This document shows, piece by piece, positions 15,275-22,066 of a DNA stretch of 41,739 nucleotides. The position numbers and the translations under genes were made by a program. The DNA lies in the IMG/VR virus record IMGVR_UViG_3300036846_000629, positions 1-41,739 of that record. One strand, given 5' to 3'. Source of the DNA: a virus. A model generated the notes under the pieces. That model was given only the letters and a program-made list of their open reading frames with translations, did not search any database and was not told where the DNA came from. The first letter of the stretch is position 1; each line of letters opens with the position of its first letter.

Positions 15275-15688
15275 CTACTGCGTATTGCGCCCGCCGCCGC
15301 CGTAGAGGCCGCCCTGCGCGGGGATTTTGCCTTTCATTTTCGTGTTCCCCGTCTTCGGGTTGGAGGCCTTGACATCGCCACCAGATGGGAACTTCGGGTG
15401 CTGGTGTTTTGGCTCGTCAATGTGGCCCTTGTGCAGTTGGCCTTCGGGGCCGGCGCGGCCATGTTTGATCGGTGTTCCGTAGCGCCCACCGCGGTCCTGG
15501 TGAGTTGCGCTGTTGATCTCGTTCACTGGCGACTTGCCCTTGTTGCCGAGGCGCCCCTCGTCCTTGGTTTTTTGTTCGAACGGCGCCATCTTGGATTTCT
15601 GCGAGCGGGTAGCGCGCAGCACGGCGAGTTTTTTCATTTGCTTGTCGCTGATGCGGCCGGACGCGTGCAGTGATTTGGCGCTAAGCAT
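15275..15688 (-). CDS. Hypothetical 137-aa basic G/K-rich protein. Start trimmed to ATG 15688.
   Basis: AAGGGAA RBS before MLSAKSLHASGRISDKQ. Confidence 0.5.
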   Translation of the reverse strand: MLSAKSLHASGRISDKQMKKLAVLRATRSQKSKMAPFEQKTKDEGRLGNKGKSPVNEINSATHQDRGGRYGTPIKHGRAGPEGQLHKGHIDEPKHQHPKFPSGGDVKASNPKTGNTKMKGKIPAQGGLYGGGGRNTQ

Positions 15689-15962
15689 GGGAAATTCCCT
15701 TTTTTCGGCGTTCCAGAATTGATCCGGACCCATCTTCCCGATGGCGTACCGTTACCATCGGCAGGTGTTCCTTGTCGGCGAGCCGCTCGACATTTGCTTC
15801 GCAAAGTCGGACATAATCGTGGACGATGGCGGCCATGGCGGCGAGTTCGAGATCGGCCTCGCGCAGCGTCATGCGCTTGGTGTAGACGCGGTTCGTGTAG
15901 ATGCGCTTGCGGCGCATCAGTTCACGCTGGGCGCATTTGAGCTTGTCAGCGTCGGTGATCAC
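15681..15962 (-). CDS. Hypothetical 93-aa protein with a GTG start.
   Basis: ORF track. N-terminal KLKCAQRELMRRKRIYTNRVYTKRMTLREADLELAAMAAIV is a pattern I recall from alphaproteobacterial phages. Confidence 0.5.
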   Translation of the reverse strand: MITDADKLKCAQRELMRRKRIYTNRVYTKRMTLREADLELAAMAAIVHDYVRLCEANVERLADKEHLPMVTVRHREDGSGSILERRKKGISHA

Positions 15963-16012
15963 TGCGAAAAATTCCCTGATGATTTTTCTGCAGTCTGTAA
16001 TCGGAGAAAAGC

Positions 16013-16205
16013 ATGGCGCTCATGATGGCTAACTTGTACCGCGCTCTGCGGACAGCGAATGTTCCGGAAGATGAAGCGTGAGGCTGCCGAAGAAATTGCC
16101 GGCTTCGAGTCGATGCGAGGAGAGCTGCAAGTCCTCAAATGGATGGTCGGCTTCAATCTGGTTTTGACTGTAACGATTGTAGGCAAGCTTTTTCTCGGCC
16201 ACTGA
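16013..16205 (+). CDS. Candidate DUF1640-like membrane-anchored micro-protein. It is interrupted by an in-frame TGA at 16079-16081 and needs a +1 shift to join ORF 16071..16205.
   Basis: GGAGAA RBS, then ATG 16013: MALMMANLYRALRTANVPEDEA*. The +1 frame continues (M)KREAAEEIAGFESMRGELQVLKWMVGFNLVLTVTIVGKLFLGH*. Confidence 0.3.
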
Positions 16206-16299
16206 AGCGGCCCATGAGGCGGCGACCCAGTCCAGCCGGGTGTGGCCGTCGGCGGCGATCGCCACCCAGGTGGTGTGCCACAACCATCCGCCATCGCGG

Positions 16300-16806
16300 T
16301 TATCCCCCAACTTTCTGCAATTTGTCAACGGGAACTTCTGCCTCGATGAGCCTGCCAAGAAATTCCATGAGCACTCGCGCCCGGTTTTTCGGTGACGCTG
16401 ATTTGATCCTTGCGACCATATTGGCAAATGGCCCATCGATGATGCGAACCTCGGTTCCGGCCTCAATTCCGTAATTGCGCGTGCGGTCGAATATCCGGTT
16501 GGTCACGGCGCGCCGCAGCGCCTCGATGAAGCCATCGGCAATGGCTACTGGCTTGCCATCGGCCGAGCGCAGCACCTTGCGGACGCCCTCGATGTCCGTG
16601 ATTTCATGCAGTCGCAGCAAGTCGATCCGCACGAATACATAGCCGGGGAACAGCACGTCGAACGCCTTCCATTTTTCACCGGCGCGGTAGCATTTCCAGT
16701 AGCTTTCCATCGGCATGAATGTTTCATGCCAGCAGTTTTGCAGCGCCACACAGACGCGTGGCTGCGCGGCCGAAGAGGTGCACACGACTATCCAGCGCAT
16801 GGTCAT
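16300..16806 (-). CDS. NusG/RfaH-like transcription antitermination factor (NGN + KOW), 168 aa.
   Basis: MRWIVVCTSS...FMP...VLFPGYVFVRID...GVRKVL (NGN) and GTEVRIIDGPFANMVARI (KOW). GGGAGGTG RBS before ATG 16806. Confidence 0.7.
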   Translation of the reverse strand: MTMRWIVVCTSSAAQPRVCVALQNCWHETFMPMESYWKCYRAGEKWKAFDVLFPGYVFVRIDLLRLHEITDIEGVRKVLRSADGKPVAIADGFIEALRRAVTNRIFDRTRNYGIEAGTEVRIIDGPFANMVARIKSASPKNRARVLMEFLGRLIEAEVPVDKLQKVGG

Positions 16807-16843
16807 CGCCACCTCCCGCGGCACCGGCGAGAGCCGGGCCTGA

Positions 16844-16857
16844 GTTTCACGTGAAAC
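16844..16857. promoter_or_regulatory. Perfect 14-bp palindrome GTTTCACGTGAAAC about 40 nt upstream of the NusG-like gene, next to an AT-rich patch. Candidate operator or late promoter element.
   Basis: Read directly. The flanking ttatgtatcaatatgtt (16866-16882) is unusually AT-rich for this genome. Confidence 0.5.
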
Positions 16858-16893
16858 ATTCCGCGAACATATTGATACATAACGGGAACATGC

Positions 16894-17664
16894 TCATCGG
16901 CGAATTCCAAATTGCAGCATGTTGATTTCCCCCAGCGTCAACTCAGACGGAGCCTTGGCCCGTATCCTCGCCAACTCCGGCTCTTCATCGGCAGTCGCTT
17001 TCTTTTCTTTTTCAAAGATTTCATGGGGGGGCCGGCTCGCCGCTTCAACGAGCAGGCCGGCCCCCCCACCCGTAGGAGGTTTCCCGCACTCAGGCTGCTT
17101 CTCCAGGCTGTGCCCGTTGATTGGGGCACCCGGCCCGACACCGTGCGCGTTCTCAGGCCCGGCTCTCGCCGGTGCCTTCGCGCGCGCGGCACCAAAGGAA
17201 GAGGTTTTATTTCTTTCTTGGTAAGGTATAGGGGCGTAGCACCCCTGCTGTAGCAGGTGCCGCGGCACGTGCTGTGGCAGGGATGGTTTTCCCCAGTGTT
17301 TCTCGGCGGTTGCTTGGCCGCCCAACTTGCCTGCTTCGGACTTCTTGCGAGCCGTGGTCACATCTCGCACCATGCGCCGGTTAAGCAACCGTCCGGACCG
17401 GTCGCGGCTGGCAACGCCCTTTTCGAGAATCCCGTCGACGAGTTTCCGAACCTCTTCGACCGTGCCGGCGTTTGTCACGCGGGCTAGCTCGGCATCCGAG
17501 ATTGGGTTCCCCTTGCCGTCGCAGAGATATCCGACAGGGCTCGCTGCTGCCATCAAGCCTAATAGATCAATCCACACCCCACGCTCGGCTGGCGTCAGCC
17601 GGCGTACCTCCTGGTCGCCCAGCCAGTCGCTCCAGAACCATTTGGTCGAGGCGCCCGCAGACAT
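16894..17664 (-). CDS. DUF1376-family (YdaU-like) protein, 256 aa. Replication-associated in other phages.
   Basis: N-terminus KWFWSDWLGDQEVRRLTPAERGVWIDLLGLM. Confidence 0.6.
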   Translation of the reverse strand: MSAGASTKWFWSDWLGDQEVRRLTPAERGVWIDLLGLMAAASPVGYLCDGKGNPISDAELARVTNAGTVEEVRKLVDGILEKGVASRDRSGRLLNRRMVRDVTTARKKSEAGKLGGQATAEKHWGKPSLPQHVPRHLLQQGCYAPIPYQERNKTSSFGAARAKAPARAGPENAHGVGPGAPINGHSLEKQPECGKPPTGGGAGLLVEAASRPPHEIFEKEKKATADEEPELARIRAKAPSELTLGEINMLQFGIRR

Positions 17665-17667
17665 GAT

Positions 17668-17838
17668 TTACGACTCGCGCACCGGTTCGGCCGGCGTACA
17701 GGCACACAGCCAAACCATGTGCATGCTGAATTGCCCGTGATAGGTGCCGCATAGCGCGTCCGTCGCCAGCCAGCCCAGCCGTAGGTAATCCTCGACGGCA
17801 TGATGGCGGACAAACTTATGGGTGCGGGCGCGGATCAT
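17668..17838 (-). CDS. Hypothetical 56-aa protein. Start trimmed to ATG 17838.
   Basis: ATGA overlap with the methylase stop. MIRARTHKFVRHHAVEDYLRLGW... Confidence 0.5.
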   Translation of the reverse strand: MIRARTHKFVRHHAVEDYLRLGWLATDALCGTYHGQFSMHMVWLCACTPAEPVRES

Positions 17839-18473
17839 TCGGCAGCCTGCACCCGTTGGGGCTTGTCGAACTTCGTGGCCTCGTTGCCCCAAGTCGTCCA
17901 GCCTGGTCGCGACTGCCTGCCGAATAGTTCAATATAGGGTCCCTCACAGTATCGCCGCACTCGATCAAATATCTCGTCTGGCTTGCGGCTATGCTCGCGC
18001 ACCGGGGCGAGGATGATTTCCCGGACGTCCTTGGCGATGCGGCGGGCGTTGCCTCGGCGGCCCAACAGGACAAACTCTGCATTCTTGCGGGTCGTCAGTC
18101 CAAGACCGACATGCAGGTCGCATTCATCGAGCGGCACCGCCCGCAATTGCATGACTTGATGCGAGCGCTTCAGCTTCACCCAAGTAAACGCCAGGGCGGA
18201 GTATCGGAAGCCCCACGCCTCGATCACATCGAACGCTTGGCGCAGACATGGGCCTGTCGTCCACAAAAAAAGATGCGCGTCAGCGTGCGCGAGATCCTTG
18301 ACGGGAAGCGACGCAATATCATCGACGCCCATGACATCGTAATGCTTCTCCGCGTCGCGGCGGCTCGTCCAATTGCTCATTTGCAGGGCGGTGCGGGCGC
18401 GGAAATGCCAGGGCGGGTCGGCAACTAACGCCTTGAAATGCGCACGCGGAAGATCATCAAGCGAAAGACTCAT
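17835..18473 (-). CDS. MT-A70 family N6-adenine DNA methyltransferase, 212 aa.
   Basis: ADPPWHF catalytic motif and REHSRKPDE motif. Confidence 0.85.
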   Translation of the reverse strand: MSLSLDDLPRAHFKALVADPPWHFRARTALQMSNWTSRRDAEKHYDVMGVDDIASLPVKDLAHADAHLFLWTTGPCLRQAFDVIEAWGFRYSALAFTWVKLKRSHQVMQLRAVPLDECDLHVGLGLTTRKNAEFVLLGRRGNARRIAKDVREIILAPVREHSRKPDEIFDRVRRYCEGPYIELFGRQSRPGWTTWGNEATKFDKPQRVQAAE

Positions 18474-19090
18474 GCCCGCCCACCCCCCGCACGCGAAACA
18501 CGAAAATGCTCGCCGCAGTACGGTGCGCCGCTGATGGCCTCATCCCCGCAGTAGAATTTCTGGTGAAAGGGCTCGTCGCCATGGAACAGCGGCCACCGGC
18601 AGCTGCAATCCTTCAGGTCCCAGATCGTCACGCCATGACCGGCAGTGCGGCGGCGGGGCGCTACAGGCGGCATGGGCGACGGCACAGGTGGCACAACGTC
18701 AGGCGCCTGTACGATCACAGGAGGCCGCGCGGCTGCAAGTCTCGCCCTGCGCCGGGCCTTCTGCTCGCGGCGCTGCAGCCTGTACCGCTCGAGCGTCATC
18801 CGTGTCCGCGGCTTGCACAGCCCCATCCTGCTCAGCTTGCCCATCACGGCATTGCGCGTAATCCCGAGTTCCCGAGCGATCTGCCCCGCCGACATGGCGC
18901 ACTCGCGCAGCCGCAACAGCTCCGCCGTCCGTGCGGCAGGCCATAGCCCTTTGGTCCAGAACCGGTCGGCTGCCGCCTGGTCGTGGCAAGCAGCAGCCGT
19001 CGCGCCCGCCGGTACGGGCGCCGCATCTGCGGGATCGAGCAAAGCATTAATCCCGCAGACACCATCATCAATGGTTTGATCGCCTCTCAC
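18470..19090 (-). CDS. gcrA: GcrA-like cell-cycle regulator homologue, 206 aa.
   Basis: SAGQIARELGITRNAVMGKLSRMGL (GcrA N-terminal domain) and C-terminal CRWPL...FYCG...PYCGEH. Confidence 0.75.
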   Translation of the reverse strand: MRGDQTIDDGVCGINALLDPADAAPVPAGATAAACHDQAAADRFWTKGLWPAARTAELLRLRECAMSAGQIARELGITRNAVMGKLSRMGLCKPRTRMTLERYRLQRREQKARRRARLAAARPPVIVQAPDVVPPVPSPMPPVAPRRRTAGHGVTIWDLKDCSCRWPLFHGDEPFHQKFYCGDEAISGAPYCGEHFRVSRAGGGRA

Positions 19091-19533
19091 GGTTTCCGCC
19101 CGCCTGGCGGTGCACCCATTTGTCTAGGCGCACCATTGCCTTGGTGACGGCGTGCAGCAGTCGACGCAGCAATGTCATCGTCGATCCCCCTGAGATCGCG
19201 TTCCCATTGCTCTATTTCTACACGCCTCCACATGATTTGGAATTCGACGAACCAACGCTCGCGGCAGTCGTCGCCGATAAAAGCGTGCAGGAACGCCGGC
19301 CCATGTCGGCTGCGAAAAAGGAACAGCAGGGCGGCGGTGCTGAAATTACGGCGATCGCGCAGCGACTTGTGCCATGCGCGGACCGAAAGTCCGGTCAGAT
19401 CAGCCAGATGGGCAGCTGGTTTCTTCGGAAATAATTCGTGAACGAGGGCATGCAATCGTTCGACATGGCCGAATATTTCGGCGGTTCCAGCGCCCCGCAG
19501 TTCTCCGGAGGGATTTGTCAATAGTACCTTCAT
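19087..19533 (-). CDS. Hypothetical 148-aa protein, possibly an HTH regulator. Start trimmed to ATG 19533.
   Basis: ATGA overlaps at both ends. AAHLADLTGLSVRAWHKSLRD is HTH-like. Confidence 0.5.
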   Translation of the reverse strand: MKVLLTNPSGELRGAGTAEIFGHVERLHALVHELFPKKPAAHLADLTGLSVRAWHKSLRDRRNFSTAALLFLFRSRHGPAFLHAFIGDDCRERWFVEFQIMWRRVEIEQWERDLRGIDDDIAASTAARRHQGNGAPRQMGAPPGGRKP

Positions 19534-19838
19534 GGAGCAGCATCCCCCCAAGATGAGGGGATTGACATTGCGAAACCACAGGGAGGCCCGGATGACCATA
19601 ATGATTCACAATGAGCCTCATTGGGGAACCTGGTGGTTCCATCACGGAAACCATCCGTGGGTTGCAGATATGGTTGCAGGTACAATTGACACATTGTCGC
19701 ACAACCGACATGTTGGACGGGCAGCCGGTAAAAATCCCAGTGGTCGTCCTGAGATTTTACGGGGAAGCCCACATGAAGCTGATCCGCGTGACGCCCATTT
19801 GGGGCGCTCCCAAAGGTCGTGCCTATCTGATCGATCAT
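19530..19838 (-). CDS. Hypothetical 102-aa protein.
   Basis: ATGA stop/start overlaps with the cro-like gene (19835-19838) and the next gene (19530-19533). Confidence 0.45.
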   Translation of the reverse strand: MIDQIGTTFGSAPNGRHADQLHVGFPVKSQDDHWDFYRLPVQHVGCATMCQLYLQPYLQPTDGFRDGTTRFPNEAHCESLWSSGPPCGFAMSIPSSWGDAAP

Positions 19839-20050
19839 GCGGCACGCCCCTGCGTCGGGGCCGATGGCTCCAGGAGATCGTCGGCACTAACCTTCCCCCC
19901 GGTCGCTTCGCGAATCCTGCGCATCATCGTCGCAGACGGAAAGCGATGGCCGCTGATCCATCGACTGATCGAAGCACCTGTAACGCCGATCGAACCGGCG
20001 AACTCGGCCTGCGATATCCTGTGCTTCAAGAGAAAATCTGCCAGCTTCAT
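19835..20050 (-). CDS. Cro-like XRE-family HTH regulator, 71 aa. First gene of the lytic operon.
   Basis: LLKHRISQAEFAGSIGVTGASISRWISGHRFP. Divergent from the CI-like gene. Confidence 0.75.
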   Translation of the reverse strand: MKLADFLLKHRISQAEFAGSIGVTGASISRWISGHRFPSATMMRRIREATGGKVSADDLLEPSAPTQGRAA

Positions 20051-20058
20051 GCCTGATC

Positions 20059-20144
20059 ATTACCCCGACGGTAACGGATGTCAAGCCCCTGTTACCCACA
20101 TGGGAACAGACAATTTGTCTGCCTGCCGTTACCTTTTTGGTATG
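20059..20144. promoter_or_regulatory. OR-like operator region with three 17-bp sites RTTACC-N5-GGNAAY. O1 20059-20075 ATTACCccgacGGTAAC. O2 20091-20107 GTTACCcacatGGGAAC. O3 20128-20144 GTTACCtttttGGTATG. Also contains the palindrome CAGACAAtTTGTCTG at 20107-20121.
   Basis: Read directly, in the 91-bp divergent gap between the cro-like and CI-like genes. O3 overlaps the CI-like ATG. Confidence 0.65.
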
Positions 20145-20474
20145 TCGAAGCTGAATCAGTTGATCGAGAACGACTACAGAAGCGCAGCCAGGATAGCCAA
20201 GAAGATCGGCGTGAGTGGCAAGCAACTTAGTCTATGGCGCCGTGGCAAAGCTGCCATTCCGGACGACAAGGCCATTGTCCTGGCCAATGAGTTCGATGTA
20301 ACACCGTTCGATATTTCCTCCGATTTCAACAAGGTGGTGCTGGACGGGTACAGGAACCCGCGACAACGCGAAGCGGTGCGAGCCTACATGGAACAGGCTT
20401 GGCATGTCATGACCAAGCTGGAGCCGCTGCCGACGCCAGATAGTAAGCCATCGCGAAGAGCGGGAACGAAATAG
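20142..20474 (+). CDS. CI-like HTH repressor candidate, 110 aa, with no S24 peptidase domain.
   Basis: ARIAKKIGVSGKQLSLWRRGKAAIP is an HTH. The position is divergent from the cro-like gene. Start trimmed from track ORF 19611..20474. Confidence 0.6.
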   Translation: MSKLNQLIENDYRSAARIAKKIGVSGKQLSLWRRGKAAIPDDKAIVLANEFDVTPFDISSDFNKVVLDGYRNPRQREAVRAYMEQAWHVMTKLEPLPTPDSKPSRRAGTK

Positions 20475-20498
20475 GAACCAAAAAATTTTCTCAATTTT

Positions 20499-20539
20499 GT
20501 TACCTTAAGGGTATTGACCGCCATTACCATTGTGGTAAT
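20499..20539. promoter_or_regulatory. OL-like region with two more operator sites. O4 20499-20515 GTTACCttaagGGTATT. O5 20523-20539 ATTACCattgtGGTAAT. They overlap a candidate early-left promoter (TTGACC 20514-20519, 16 nt, TAATGT).
   Basis: Read directly. Same consensus as O1-O3. Confidence 0.6.
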
Positions 20540-20570
20540 GTCTCCCCATCAGCAAGCGCGGGAGACAGAC

Positions 20571-20792
20571 ATGTACGCTCACTATTTCGCCAGCAAGAAC
20601 CGCAAGACCATCACCATCACCCGCAGCCCTTCGCTGCGCGGTCTGATTTGCAAGTGCTCAACGTACCAATTGGAGCAAGTTGGGTGTGATTGCGACGTGG
20701 GGCACCACGTCATCAACACGTTCGATGTGTCCGGCAAGGCCGAGGCGCGCAAGATCGCCGATAGACATAGCGCTGTCTGCTGGAACTTCTGA
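20571..20792 (+). CDS. Hypothetical 73-aa early protein.
   Basis: Preceded by the conserved CAGCAAGCGCGGGAGACAGACA leader. MYAHYFASKNRK... Confidence 0.55.
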   Translation: MYAHYFASKNRKTITITRSPSLRGLICKCSTYQLEQVGCDCDVGHHVINTFDVSGKAEARKIADRHSAVCWNF

Positions 20793-20817
20793 CAGCAAGC
20801 GCGGGAGACAGACAACA

Positions 20818-20997
20818 ATGTCTTGGATTTATCGACCTGGCAAAATCGATGCCGATAATGACGATCTAGTTTACGTCGTCGGATATTTTTCGCCTGACGG
20901 CGGATTCGAAGGGATTGCCGATTTCCCCGACGAAATGCAGGCCATGTGGCGCGTGCATTTTCTCAATGGCGGATCGGCGACGCCGATCCCGGAATGA
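20818..20997 (+). CDS. Hypothetical 59-aa early protein.
   Basis: Same 22-nt leader at 20793-20814. MSWIYRPGKIDADNDDLVYVVGYF... Confidence 0.55.
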   Translation: MSWIYRPGKIDADNDDLVYVVGYFSPDGGFEGIADFPDEMQAMWRVHFLNGGSATPIPE

Positions 20998-21019
20998 CCC
21001 ATCAGATCGGGAGACAGAC

Positions 21020-21235
21020 ATGACCAGCATCACCGAACGAGAGCTTCGCACCCGATACAGCGGTGGTTTCTCACCAGCGCATCGTCGTCTGTTCCTCCAG
21101 GGCTACGACGATGGCCAGCAAGGCCGGCCCATCAATGACTCTCCGGCATGGGGCGAAGCCACGCGGCAAGCCTACAAGCGCGGCTATGGCGCCGGATATG
21201 ACATCCACTATCGCAAGACATTGAGCCGGCCATGA
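21020..21235 (+). CDS. Hypothetical 71-aa early protein.
   Basis: CGGGAGACAGACA leader at 21008-21020. MTSITERELRTRYSGG... Confidence 0.55.
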   Translation: MTSITERELRTRYSGGFSPAHRRLFLQGYDDGQQGRPINDSPAWGEATRQAYKRGYGAGYDIHYRKTLSRP

Positions 21236-21573
21236 AACACGAACACCTTGGTTTGAACCCGTTCGCCCCGGCCTCGAAGGTCGCCGAGCAGGTCGTGCAG
21301 CCGATCGTCAATACGGCGCCCCGCTTCGCCAAGACTTACTGCAGCCAATGCGGCGGGGAATTCGGTCCGGGCGACAGCGGCTATTCGCATTGCCGTGATC
21401 ATGGAACGCCGCGCCGGCACGAAGACGACTGGCTGATGGAGTTTGCCAAGCTTCTCGGCAAGCAATCACGCGAGCGCCACGAGATGCGCCGGAAGCTGCG
21501 GCCCGCGCCGGTCTCCGATGATGATTTCGACAATGCGATCTCGCGCGAGGAAATGGGGGAGAGGTATCTATGA
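21232..21573 (+). CDS. Hypothetical 113-aa early protein.
   Basis: ORF track. ATGA overlaps with neighbouring ORFs. Confidence 0.6.
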   Translation: MKHEHLGLNPFAPASKVAEQVVQPIVNTAPRFAKTYCSQCGGEFGPGDSGYSHCRDHGTPRRHEDDWLMEFAKLLGKQSRERHEMRRKLRPAPVSDDDFDNAISREEMGERYL

Positions 21574-21776
21574 CGTTCCTATTTGAAAGTTTGGATGAAC
21601 TGGCCGCGTATCTTGAAAAGCGCGCAGACGAGATCGTGGCTGGCAATAGCGCTGTAAGCAAGGTCCCCGGGGAGGGCACTGTTGCGCAAATAAAACGGAA
21701 CGAAGCGATGGCAGGTGGGCTCAAGATCGCCGCCGACATTGTGCGCAAATCTCGCATTCAGGGAGCATCATCATGA
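21570..21776 (+). CDS. Hypothetical 68-aa early protein.
   Basis: ORF track. ATGA overlaps. Confidence 0.55.
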   Translation: MTFLFESLDELAAYLEKRADEIVAGNSAVSKVPGEGTVAQIKRNEAMAGGLKIAADIVRKSRIQGASS

Positions 21777-22066
21777 TTTTCGGCTCGTGCGACTGCTGCG
21801 AAGCACATCACCGTATCCTGCATGGCTGGTCGGTTCTCGGCCTCGAAACCTGGGCCTGCACCATTTGCAGCTACGGCGACATCACCGAGGACATCTGCGA
21901 CCTCGAAGACGAAATTGAGGCCGTCGAGGCCATACCGAATGTCGGCGACGACAACGCCGACTATCTCAAACGCTTGAAACAGGCACTCGCCGAAGCAAGG
22001 AACAGCACAAATGAACACGCAAATAACAACCCAGCAGATCACTCACGCTGGAACGCTCCCAACTGA
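21773..22066 (+). CDS. Hypothetical 97-aa Cys-rich acidic early protein.
   Basis: ORF track. CDCCEAHH...CTIC. Overlaps the erf start by 56 nt. Confidence 0.5.
   Translation: MIFGSCDCCEAHHRILHGWSVLGLETWACTICSYGDITEDICDLEDEIEAVEAIPNVGDDNADYLKRLKQALAEARNSTNEHANNNPADHSRWNAPN

Noticed and set aside
14735-15673. The 312-aa plus-strand ORF.
   Set aside because: It spans three separate, RBS-supported minus-strand genes and their intergenic gaps, and is Arg/Leu/Ala-rich. It is a spurious long antisense frame.
15959-16466. Minus-strand ORFs 15959..16294 (111 aa) and 16029..16466 (145 aa) as the gene filling the 15963-16299 gap.
   Set aside because: The 145-aa ORF overlaps the NusG-like gene, and its in-gap part lacks a convincing start. 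The 111-aa ORF is P/R/S/T-rich and looks off-frame, although it has a GTGA coupling. Not fully excluded; see the DUF1640-like finding.
19611-20141. The N-terminal 177 codons of track ORF 19611..20474.
   Set aside because: This part runs antisense through the cro-like gene and the operator region. The HTH domain and sensible composition begin at ATG 20142.
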